64,000 bases of DNA from Bacteroidales bacterium (GTDB lineage: Bacteria > Bacteroidota > Bacteroidia > Bacteroidales > VadinHA17): the NCBI GenBank assembly GCA_030692905.1, contig JAUYBT010000085.1, forward strand, positions 100-64,099, given 5' to 3'. Below, piece by piece: positions 49,013 through 57,719 of the stretch (position 1 is the first letter of the stretch; the number at the start of each line of letters is the position of its first letter). A program made the position numbers and the translations under genes. Below the pieces are notes generated by a model that was given only the letters and a program-made list of their open reading frames with translations, was not told the DNA's origin and did no database searches.

Positions 49013-49040
49013 GTAGGGACATGCCATGGCATGTCCCTAC
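49013..49040. repeat. 28-bp perfect GC-rich palindrome GTAGGGACATGCCATGGCATGTCCCTAC
   Basis: Perfect dyad centred at 49026/49027, in the divergent sigma / ychF intergenic region. Confidence 0.85.
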
Positions 49041-49118
49041 GTTGGGGTTGGTAAAATCATATTGAATAATCCCCGGAATTATAATAAATTTACAACCAAA
49101 CGAATTAATCTATATCTG

Positions 49119-50216
49119 ATGGCTCTTCAATGCGGAATTATAGGGATAACTAATGTTGGCAAAACGACTATTTTTAATTGTATCTCCAATACAAAAGGGG
49201 AAACCAATGCTTTTGCCTTCAGTGCAACAAAATCAAACATGGGGGTTGTGCAGGTTCCCGACCCGAGACTATATGAGCTTGAAAAACATCAGGTTACCGA
49301 CAGGATCGTTCATACTACTGTAGAAATTGTTGATATCCCGGGATTGGCAAAAGGTTCAAATAAGGGGGAGGGAGTAGGGAACAAATTCCTTGGGGATATC
49401 AGAAATACCGATGCGCTTATTCATGTACTCAGATGCTTCGATAATGATGCATTACCTCATATCGACGGTTCGGTCGACCCTGTGCGTGACCTTGAAACTA
49501 TCGACCTTGAACTGCAGGTGAAAGATTTGGAATCAGTCGAAAAAAAGATAGAGCGACTTGAAAGAGCTTCAAGGGCCGGAGACAAAGATGCAAAACGTGG
49601 CCTGGAAGTTCTTAATAACTACAGGGAGCATTTTGAAGGTTTCAACAATGCAAGAACCCTTGAAGTGAAGGAAGATTACAGAAAATATGTTGATGATCTC
49701 TTTCTTCTTACCATGAAGCCTGTAATGTATGTTTGTAACGTAGATGAAAAGTCAGCTGTTACAGGAAATAAGTATGTTGAAAGGGTTAAAGAATTTCTCA
49801 AGGACAAAAACGTTGAGATCCTGGTAATTGCAGGTGCTATTGAAGCGGAAATAGCTGAACTCGAAAATAATGAAGACCGTCTGGCGTTTCTTAAAGATGC
49901 AGGTCTGAATGAGCCCGGTGTTGATAAACTTGTGAGAGCAGCCTACAAAATGTTGAATCTGCAGACTTTCTTCACTGCTGGACCAAAGGAGATCAGGGCC
50001 TGGACCATTAAAAAAGGTATGACGGCTCCCCAGGCATCAGGAGTCATTCACAGTGACCTTGAAAGAGGGTTTATCAGAGCGGAAGTGATGAAATATCACG
50101 ATTTTATTTCTCTTGGGTCAGAGCATGCCTGTAAAGAAGCTGGTAAGTTCAATATTGAAGGAAAAAATTATATAGTTGAGGATGGCGACATTCTGCATAT
50201 AAGGTTTAACGTATAA
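49119..50216 (+). CDS. ychF: redox-regulated ATPase YchF
   Basis: MALQCGIIGITNVGKTTIFN P-loop, TGS-like C-terminus, 365 aa from the ATG at 49119. The ORF-track extension covers the palindrome and is rejected. Confidence 0.93.
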   Translation: MALQCGIIGITNVGKTTIFNCISNTKGETNAFAFSATKSNMGVVQVPDPRLYELEKHQVTDRIVHTTVEIVDIPGLAKGSNKGEGVGNKFLGDIRNTDALIHVLRCFDNDALPHIDGSVDPVRDLETIDLELQVKDLESVEKKIERLERASRAGDKDAKRGLEVLNNYREHFEGFNNARTLEVKEDYRKYVDDLFLLTMKPVMYVCNVDEKSAVTGNKYVERVKEFLKDKNVEILVIAGAIEAEIAELENNEDRLAFLKDAGLNEPGVDKLVRAAYKMLNLQTFFTAGPKEIRAWTIKKGMTAPQASGVIHSDLERGFIRAEVMKYHDFISLGSEHACKEAGKFNIEGKNYIVEDGDILHIRFNV

Positions 50217-50223
50217 AGTCTTT

Positions 50224-51927
50224 ATGACCAGGCGTTTCCTGATATTATTGGTTGTACCAACTTTTTTTGCACTTAGGTGCTATCCACAAAATATAAGTAA
50301 TGATGACAGGTTGCGTGATATAGTCAGACAGTATGGACAGGTTGAAGTAACGATTCCCTTCACTGACAATAAGTCTATTGATATTCTTACCCGTAACGTT
50401 TCAATTTTAACTGTCAGAAATAAATTTGTTCATATTAGTCTGTCGCCACTGACAGTCGAATGGTTTATCCTGCAAAAATACGATTATTCAATATCAGAAA
50501 AGGCCGACAGTAAGGGTGTAATCTCTGCTCTTAATATAAATCAGGCTATGGAATGGGATAAATATCCGACATATTCCCAGTACGATTCCATAATGCAAAG
50601 TTTCAAAACTCTTTACCCGGCTTTGTGCCACCTCGATACAATTGGTACGAGCATAAATGGCAAGTTGGTTCTTGCTCTTAAAATTTCAGACTATGCAGCC
50701 AATGATGAAGACGAACCTGAAGTTTTTTACTCATCAACAATGCATGGTGATGAAACCGGAGGCTTTATTCTGATGCTCCGGCTGGCAGATTATCTCCTTA
50801 AAAACTATAATCTTAATCCTAGGGTGAAGGACCTGGTCGATAATTTAGAGATTTGGATAAATCCTTTGGCAAATCCGGATGGAACATATAAGGGAGGCAA
50901 TACAATATCCTTATCATCAACACGATATAATGCCAACGGAGTTGACCTTAACCGCAATTTCCCCGATCCGCTCGACCCTTCTATAGTACCGGAAAAGGAG
51001 ACTGTTGACATGATAAAATTTATGCGGAAGCACAGGTTTGTTATTTCAGCCAATTTTCATTCAGGAGCCGAAGTTGTTAATTACCCATGGGACAGGTGGT
51101 TATCAAAGATACATGCTGATGATTCATGGTTTAACAGTATTAGCAGATCCTATGCCGATACGGTGCATATCTATTCCGGACCGGCATATATGAATGACCT
51201 TGACAACGGGGTTACCCGTGGCGCTGTATGGTACCGTATTGAAGGCGGAAGACAGGATTTCGTTACCTACGAATTACAGGGGCGCGAAGTAACCATTGAG
51301 CTTGATGATCAATATATTACTCCGGCAGCACAACTAACTTTGTTATGGCTGTATAATTGGCGCTCATTAATCGGGTATCTCGAAAATGGATTATATGGTA
51401 TTCATGGGCTGGTACGCAATGCCAGCACATCTGCTCCGGTACCTGCAAAAGTCTTTATATCAGGTCATGATAAAGACAGTTCCCAAGTCTATTCCGATAT
51501 TCTTACAGGCAGTTTTGTAAGACTTCTTGCCCCCGGCTCCTGGAATCTGACCTTCACAGCTAATGGTTACCTCGATACCACAATTAGTAATATAGTCGTA
51601 TTTTCAGGACAAAAAACTGATATAATTGTAAACATGGTTCCAATTATCAATAGTATTGATACTACAAATCCGGAAGCTCCGATTCTTTACCCCAATCCGG
51701 CAACAACTGAATTAAGTGCAGTTCTTCCGGAAAGGATAATGGGTAATATCAGCATCAGGATTTTTAACCAGGCGGGCACTATATTCTCGGATTATATTAC
51801 GGAAGCTATTAAGGGAATTCCTGTTAAAATTGATGTAAATAGATTATCGGCCGGCGTATATTCAGTCGTCTTTAAAAATACTGATACGAAAATCTCCTAC
51901 CGTGCCAGGTTCATAGTTATTAAATAA
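50224..51927 (+). CDS. M14 family zinc carboxypeptidase with T9SS type A C-terminal sorting domain
   Basis: Zinc-binding HGDE in STMHGDETGG, plus NPDG and NRNFP motifs. The C-terminal LYPNPATTEL...YSVVFKN...ARFIVIK matches Por_Secre_tail. Confidence 0.8.
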   Translation: MTRRFLILLVVPTFFALRCYPQNISNDDRLRDIVRQYGQVEVTIPFTDNKSIDILTRNVSILTVRNKFVHISLSPLTVEWFILQKYDYSISEKADSKGVISALNINQAMEWDKYPTYSQYDSIMQSFKTLYPALCHLDTIGTSINGKLVLALKISDYAANDEDEPEVFYSSTMHGDETGGFILMLRLADYLLKNYNLNPRVKDLVDNLEIWINPLANPDGTYKGGNTISLSSTRYNANGVDLNRNFPDPLDPSIVPEKETVDMIKFMRKHRFVISANFHSGAEVVNYPWDRWLSKIHADDSWFNSISRSYADTVHIYSGPAYMNDLDNGVTRGAVWYRIEGGRQDFVTYELQGREVTIELDDQYITPAAQLTLLWLYNWRSLIGYLENGLYGIHGLVRNASTSAPVPAKVFISGHDKDSSQVYSDILTGSFVRLLAPGSWNLTFTANGYLDTTISNIVVFSGQKTDIIVNMVPIINSIDTTNPEAPILYPNPATTELSAVLPERIMGNISIRIFNQAGTIFSDYITEAIKGIPVKIDVNRLSAGVYSVVFKNTDTKISYRARFIVIK

Positions 51928-52034
51928 TCTTCTTCATTTGCTTCTGTGATTAAAACAAGTATTTTTACACGTTACTTTTAATTTTAAGAGGAATTTGTTT
52001 TATTCATGCTTAAGGAAATCCGTGTTTGATAAAT

Positions 52035-53705
52035 ATGAAGAATTGGAAGGTAGTAAAGAAAAGATCCTCAGCAATCATTTTACTGATATCTGTTTTTGTT
52101 AAATTATCCGGTCAGGGAGCTTATCTCCCTCCCGACAAACCACGTCTTGTAATCGGGATTGTGGTCGAACAGATGAAATACGATCAGCTTGAGAAGTTCA
52201 GGGACAGGTTGGGGGAGAATGGGATAAAAAGACTTATAAATGAAGGGACATATTTTAAGAATGCTTCATTTGAATATATGCTTACACAGTCTGCTCCTGG
52301 TCATGCAACAATCTCAACAGGCACAGAACCTTCATTTCATGGCATAACATCGGATAACTGGTATCTGCCGCTCAGGAACGAACTTATTTACTGTACAAAG
52401 GATATTGAAGTAAATCCTGTCGGAGGTAGTTTTGAAGCTGGTCTGCATTCGCCTGTAAACCTTCAGGCATCTACATTTTCCGACGAACTTGAGATGGCGA
52501 CAAACAAGAATGCAAAAGTTTTTGGAGTTGGAATGAAAGAGAATTCTGCTATCTTCTCTGCCGGCCATGCAGCTGATGGGGCTTATTGGTTTGATAATAT
52601 CACCGGGACCTGGATGACGAGCACATATTATATCGATGCTCTTCCGGTGTGGGTTAACGATTATAATGCAATGAAGTTTTCAGAATCATTTCTTAACAGC
52701 ACCTGGAGTTTGTTAAGACCTTCAGAGGATTATGCTGACTGTCTCCCCGATTCAAACAATTTCGAAGCTGGTTTTAATGGGGTAAATTATTTTCCATATG
52801 ATCTTAAGAAGATGAGATCAAAGGGTATTTTTAATTCCAGGAATGATTTCTCCTTACTGAGGGAGACACCCTTTGGCAATTCTTTTACAACCAGTTTCGC
52901 CATCAGACTTATTGAAAACGAGAAATTAGGAAAAGATGATGTAACAGATTATCTTTCAATATGTTATTCATCTACTGACAATATCGGTCACAGATTTGGT
53001 CCATCATCGGTGGAGATGGGAGACGCAATTTTACGACTCGACGATGAGATAAAGAATCTTCTGACATATTTAAATGACAGTATCGGCAAGAAGAATATCC
53101 TGATATATTTTACTGCGGCTCATGGTATATCGGAAATTCCGGCTGTTCTGGAAAGCAACAGGATACCTGCAGGATATTTTAAGCAGAACCAGGCTTTGCA
53201 GTTGCTAAGGAGCTATCTTAATGCAGTTTACGGAGAGGGTGACTGGGTGAAAGGTTATTCTGAAAGACAGGTTTTTCTTAACAGAACACTAATCGAGGAT
53301 GCAAGGCTTCCGCTTGAGGAGGTACAAAAGAAAGTAGCGCGTTTTCTTGTTCAGTTTACCGGTGTTGCGGCTGCATATCCATATTCAGCTTTTGAGGCAA
53401 ACGATTTCGGAAATGGGAACCTTAAACGGATCATTAATAACTTTAATCCACAGAGATCGGGAGATGTTATTGTTACCCTTAATCCCGGCTGGGTTGAAAA
53501 AGAGGGGGATTATGTCGCAAATCATAACTCACCTTATGAATATGATTCCCATGTTCCATTGATATGGTATGGGTGGACAGTGAACAGATCGACTGTAACC
53601 CGTCAGGTGAATATGACTGATATTGCTGCTACACTCTCATCTTTATGTAAAGTGCCATACCCTAATGCCTGCACAGGGGAGCCTCTGTCTGAGTTAATCA
53701 GATAG
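52035..53705 (+). CDS. alkaline phosphatase family protein (nucleotide pyrophosphatase/phosphodiesterase-like)
   Basis: Signal peptide and AlkP-superfamily blocks (TQSAPGHATISTG, SSTDNIGHRFGP, FTAAHG). ATG at 52035 is preferred over the TTG at 52026. Confidence 0.65.
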   Translation: MKNWKVVKKRSSAIILLISVFVKLSGQGAYLPPDKPRLVIGIVVEQMKYDQLEKFRDRLGENGIKRLINEGTYFKNASFEYMLTQSAPGHATISTGTEPSFHGITSDNWYLPLRNELIYCTKDIEVNPVGGSFEAGLHSPVNLQASTFSDELEMATNKNAKVFGVGMKENSAIFSAGHAADGAYWFDNITGTWMTSTYYIDALPVWVNDYNAMKFSESFLNSTWSLLRPSEDYADCLPDSNNFEAGFNGVNYFPYDLKKMRSKGIFNSRNDFSLLRETPFGNSFTTSFAIRLIENEKLGKDDVTDYLSICYSSTDNIGHRFGPSSVEMGDAILRLDDEIKNLLTYLNDSIGKKNILIYFTAAHGISEIPAVLESNRIPAGYFKQNQALQLLRSYLNAVYGEGDWVKGYSERQVFLNRTLIEDARLPLEEVQKKVARFLVQFTGVAAAYPYSAFEANDFGNGNLKRIINNFNPQRSGDVIVTLNPGWVEKEGDYVANHNSPYEYDSHVPLIWYGWTVNRSTVTRQVNMTDIAATLSSLCKVPYPNACTGEPLSELIR

Positions 53706-53722
53706 TCGAATATTTTTATAAA

Positions 53723-54373
53723 TTATTCTATTTTTTCATAATTCTTTTTTGTCCACACTATTGCATAATTATCGTATTTTGAATAGTACAGATCAAAAGA
53801 TTCATTTATTCTATCTGTGTGAACCTTTCCCTTGATTTCTCCGGATTCCTTCACCATAAAAGGTTCAATTGTAATGTTTTTTTGAATACTTATACCCTCC
53901 TTATCACAGATTTTATAAAGGGCCTCTTTCGCACACCAGTGAATATACAGGTGATATTTATGGTCATCATATTCCTTTGTAACTTTTTCCTTTCTGTTAA
54001 GGAACTTGAATGCGATAGCTGCTATATTCGTTCTCATGTATTCAAGGTCTATCCCAACCTTCTCATTTGTGCTTAAAAGGATTGCAGTAAGTTTATGTGA
54101 ATGGGATATACTGATAAACCTTGAACCATCTTTAAGGAATGGCTTGTTATTCTTATTATAAACGATCTTTGTATCTTTTCCGATAAGTTCCGAAAGCAAT
54201 GCTCTTACACTTAAAAATTCAAGCTTTCTTGAGTTGCTGCTGAATCCTTTATATTTCTTTTTCTCATCATTATCCAGCACAACGAGGTTCATCAGAGTAT
54301 CCAGATCCTCCTCTATCTTCCACACCCCAAGGATGGAGAACTCATTTAGATAATGTTTTGTAATACAACCCAT
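53723..54373 (-). CDS. 4'-phosphopantetheinyl transferase superfamily protein
   Basis: Sfp-type motifs VGIDLE and WCAKEALYK. Confidence 0.75.
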   Translation of the reverse strand: MGCITKHYLNEFSILGVWKIEEDLDTLMNLVVLDNDEKKKYKGFSSNSRKLEFLSVRALLSELIGKDTKIVYNKNNKPFLKDGSRFISISHSHKLTAILLSTNEKVGIDLEYMRTNIAAIAFKFLNRKEKVTKEYDDHKYHLYIHWCAKEALYKICDKEGISIQKNITIEPFMVKESGEIKGKVHTDRINESFDLYYSKYDNYAIVWTKKNYEKIE

Positions 54374-54389
54374 TGATAGGTGCTAAGTG

Positions 54390-54998
54390 TTAATTTTTCC
54401 ACTTCAGAGTTTCAATCAGATGGATAATATCTTCTCTGAAAAATTCAATTACAGGTGCCAGCGAATCTGCATTTGGCTCAGCGGAAAAATACAGAGAACC
54501 TCTAAGATAATGATTAACGCTGTCTGTAACATAAAACTGGACAGCGGAAGCCGTATTTCCTTTCAGGTCATATAAAATTCCATAGACTTTGTTTTCCAGA
54601 TTATTAAACGCCTGTTCATTAATTGCATCGGCCTTCGTAATATGGTTCTTAACATTCATCTTATAGGTCTGTTCCATAAGGCTTTCAAAATCATTTTTAA
54701 CAACCTTATATGTGAGATATATTTTGGCTCTGTAAGCCGGGAATTCAATATTAAACCACCCCGGTTCAGTCCTTTTTTCAACCTGAAATGACAGATGTCC
54801 GTATGCCGGATATTCGAATGAAAATGGCATTTCACCGCTCTTTGCCGGCTGATCATTAAAAAGTAAATATTGCCTTTGAGGAAGATCGATCCTGAAATGG
54901 CCTTTAGGTTTTGGAACAGCAACTTCCCTGCAACTGTATGAAGCACTTATGAATACCAGGAGTGTTAATAGACTAGTCTTTCTTAATATCACCATCAT
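54390..54998 (-). CDS. gldD: gliding motility lipoprotein GldD
   Basis: Lipoprotein signal (ASYSC), a PKPKGHFRIDLP motif, and position directly after gldE as in Flavobacterium johnsoniae. Confidence 0.6.
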   Translation of the reverse strand: MMVILRKTSLLTLLVFISASYSCREVAVPKPKGHFRIDLPQRQYLLFNDQPAKSGEMPFSFEYPAYGHLSFQVEKRTEPGWFNIEFPAYRAKIYLTYKVVKNDFESLMEQTYKMNVKNHITKADAINEQAFNNLENKVYGILYDLKGNTASAVQFYVTDSVNHYLRGSLYFSAEPNADSLAPVIEFFREDIIHLIETLKWKN

Positions 54999-56316
54999 CT
55001 CTGTTTATTTCAACACGGATCTCCTTTATCTTTCTCCTGTCGGCAGATTCTATCCTGAAAACAAAATTTCCGTGTTTTATTATCTGATTTTTTTGCGGTA
55101 TTTCGCCGGTCAGTTCAAGAATCAGACCTGCAAGTGTTTCAGATTCTCCTCTGACCTCTTCAAAAAGATCTTCTTCAATCTCAATGATCTTACAAAAGTC
55201 ATTCAGTAAGATCTTACCTTCAAAAATATATGTTTTTTCATCCAGCTTACGGAATAGAAACTGATCCTCATCGCTTTCATCGGTTATTTCACCTACAATT
55301 TCTTCAAGTATATCTTCAAGCGTAACAATCCCTGAGGTTCCTCCATATTCATCTATCACCACCGCCATATGTATCTTCCTGGATTGAAACTCCTTAAGAA
55401 GATCATTTATCTTTTTTGTTTCAGGAACGAAATAGGGTGGACGGAGCAGAGCCTGCCATTTAAAACTACCGGGGTTATTTGTATATGGAAGAACATCTTT
55501 AGCATATAATATACCCTTTACAGTATCGAACGAACCGGAATAAACAGGAATTCTTGAAAACCCGGAGCTGATTATCACAGGAACTATTTTGTCGAATCCC
55601 GATTTGATGTCAATTGCTGTCACATCAATCCTTGGACACATTATTGCGCTGACATTGGTATTCCCGAAATGGACTATTCCTTTAAGTATTTTTTCATCCT
55701 CATTAAAATCATCCGATGTCAGTTCAAGTGCATCGGAAAGATCATCCATGCTGATGTTCGACCGCCGGGTTCCTGTTCTTTTTTTCACGAATGATGAAGA
55801 GAAGATCAGCAAATATGTTACAGGTTGAAAAATCTTTTCAAGCACAGTAAGCGGATAGGCCATAAACAGAGCTACTGCAACATGATTCCTTGAAGCATAA
55901 ACCTTTGGCATGACCTCTCCGAAAAAAAGAAGCAGGAAAGTTATAACAACTACATTAATAATAAAACCAATGAGAGGTTCAGAGCTGAAGTCAAACATTC
56001 TTGAACTGAGATAGGCAGCCAGTAATACAATGGCAATATTAATTGTGTTGTTGGCAACGAGTACTGTACTCAACAGTTTTTCGGGGTTATTGTACAGTTT
56101 CAGGGCAATCTGCGACTGTTTGCCTTTATTTGTTTTAAACTTTTCAATGTCTTCAGGGCGGAATGAAAAATACGCAACTTCGGAACCCGACGTAAGAGCT
56201 GATCCAATAAGCAGGATAATGAGAATTAAAAGCCCTATAATTATTTTAAAATCAGGAGCATTGAAAGCAATGCCTGAAAGAAGTGATATATAGGAAAGTG
56301 GATATTCCGGTTCCAA
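54973..56316 (-). CDS. gldE: gliding motility-associated protein GldE (CNNM/DUF21 + CBS pair + CorC_HlyC)
   Basis: N-terminal DUF21 TM domain, tandem CBS domains and a CorC/HlyC C-terminal domain. ssb-gldE-gldD synteny is present. Confidence 0.7.
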   Translation of the reverse strand: MEPEYPLSYISLLSGIAFNAPDFKIIIGLLILIILLIGSALTSGSEVAYFSFRPEDIEKFKTNKGKQSQIALKLYNNPEKLLSTVLVANNTINIAIVLLAAYLSSRMFDFSSEPLIGFIINVVVITFLLLFFGEVMPKVYASRNHVAVALFMAYPLTVLEKIFQPVTYLLIFSSSFVKKRTGTRRSNISMDDLSDALELTSDDFNEDEKILKGIVHFGNTNVSAIMCPRIDVTAIDIKSGFDKIVPVIISSGFSRIPVYSGSFDTVKGILYAKDVLPYTNNPGSFKWQALLRPPYFVPETKKINDLLKEFQSRKIHMAVVIDEYGGTSGIVTLEDILEEIVGEITDESDEDQFLFRKLDEKTYIFEGKILLNDFCKIIEIEEDLFEEVRGESETLAGLILELTGEIPQKNQIIKHGNFVFRIESADRRKIKEIRVEINRDDGDIKKD

Positions 56317-56340
56317 TTGAGTTTCTTTTAATACAACTAG

Positions 56341-56901
56341 CTAAAAAGGCAGATCATCTTCATTCTGACTGGCGCCTGGTCCGTTTTTTTGCAAGCTTTC
56401 CATACCAGAATCATCGCTGCCTGCAATGCCCTTATCAGTCCAGCTTTTGATATTGTTCTCATTCGAGGCCTGATATTCAGGAGATGGCTCATTTACTACC
56501 GGGCCTGAGGATCCTTTGTCATGGACATCATTTCTCACCGTCTCTGTTTGTGCAGCCGTATTGACCGGTCTCTGCTTTTTCTCAAGTAGAAGCAAAGTAT
56601 CTGCCAGAATTTCAGTTATATACTTATTAATTCCATCCTTGTCAACATACGACCGTGTTTTAATTTTCCCGACTATATATACCTGTGAACCCTTTTTAAC
56701 AGTCTTTTCAGCAACTTCGGCCAGTGCGCGCCATAAAACAATATTATGCCACTCTGTTGAAGTTATTGTTTCTCCCTGCTGATTGGTATAGGTTTCGCTT
56801 GTGGCAAGAGGAAATGTCACTTTAACAACACCCTTATCAAAATACCGGATTACCGGATCTTTTCCGACATTACCGACAAGTATAACTTTATTGATTGACA
56901 T
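56341..56901 (-). CDS. ssb: single-stranded DNA-binding protein
   Basis: OB-fold N-terminus (MSINKVILVGNVGKDP...TEWHNIVLW) and an acidic tip DDLPF. Confidence 0.93.
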   Translation of the reverse strand: MSINKVILVGNVGKDPVIRYFDKGVVKVTFPLATSETYTNQQGETITSTEWHNIVLWRALAEVAEKTVKKGSQVYIVGKIKTRSYVDKDGINKYITEILADTLLLLEKKQRPVNTAAQTETVRNDVHDKGSSGPVVNEPSPEYQASNENNIKSWTDKGIAGSDDSGMESLQKNGPGASQNEDDLPF

Positions 56902-57149
56902 ATAGTTATGTATTTATTAATAATTCAAATACCGGATTGTAAAGTTAAGAAAAAAACCACTTTGTACAACCATAATCATCATTAATTGACTAAAATCCAT
57001 TCTTTCAATATTTTATGATTTATCTTTTTATCCTGAATTATTTTCTCCTTTTACTTACCATTTATCTATTTCATTGTAATTAAGGCATTAATAATATCTT
57101 AAAAAAAAATTTATTCTGTAAGTGTTTCAATTTAAACAAATAATATATT

Positions 57150-57157
57150 TATATTTG
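57150..57157 (+). promoter_or_regulatory. Bacteroidota -7 promoter box (TATATTTG)
   Basis: Exact TAnnTTTG match 58 nt upstream of the HU gene ATG. Confidence 0.45.
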
Positions 57158-57214
57158 CACAGTTGAAAAAATGCATACTCAAAATAATTTGTTGAATTTT
57201 AAACTTCACGAAAA

Positions 57215-57502
57215 ATGACTAAAGCAGACATCGTTAATGAAATTGCCAAGAACACTGGTATTGAAAAGGTAACAGTACAGAAAACTGTTGAAGCCTTAAT
57301 GGAAACTGTTAAAGATTCCATGGTAAAAGGTAGTAACGTTTATCTAAGGGGTTTTGGAAGCTTCATCGTTAAGAAAAGAGCCAAGAAAACAGCAAGGAAT
57401 ATTTCCAAGAATACAACCATTATCATTCCTGCTCATAATATCCCAGCATTCAAGCCGGCAAAATCTTTCATAACCAAAGTTAAATCTCACGTTAAGAAGT
57501 AA
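57215..57502 (+). CDS. HU family DNA-binding protein
   Basis: MTKADIVNEIAKNTG...LRGFGSF...RNISKNTTIIIPAH..P.FKP matches the HU/IHF fold. Confidence 0.9.
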   Translation: MTKADIVNEIAKNTGIEKVTVQKTVEALMETVKDSMVKGSNVYLRGFGSFIVKKRAKKTARNISKNTTIIIPAHNIPAFKPAKSFITKVKSHVKK

Positions 57503-57508
57503 TCCTCT

Positions 57509-57598
57509 ATGCCCAGCGGTAAAAAAAGAAAAAGACATAAGATGGCCACTCACAAACGCAAAAAGCGTTTGAGGAAGAACAGACATAAGAAGAAGTAG
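57509..57598 (+). CDS. 29-aa ultra-basic peptide, bS22-like small ribosomal protein candidate
   Basis: My own translation gives MPSGKKRKRHKMATHKRKKRLRKNRHKKK (TAG at 57596-57598). It starts 6 nt after the HU stop, lies upstream of a strong terminator, and resembles the KKRRKRMxKKKHRKLLRRTR pattern of bS22/AURKAIP1-COX24-type proteins. Confidence 0.45.
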   Translation: MPSGKKRKRHKMATHKRKKRLRKNRHKKK

Positions 57599-57631
57599 CA
57601 GATCAGCAAGTGGTCGTTAAACGAATATATT

Positions 57632-57666
57632 AAACCTAAAGATCTGACGGTCTTTAGGTTTATTGT
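57632..57666 (+). terminator. intrinsic terminator after HU and the small ORF
   Basis: An 11-bp stem AAACCTAAAGA/TCTTTAGGTTT with an 8-nt loop, followed by a T-containing tail. Confidence 0.6.
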
Positions 57667-57719
57667 ATAAGTATGTCGGATGTTGCTGATAACATATTAC
57701 CTCAGATTAATATAGTGAA

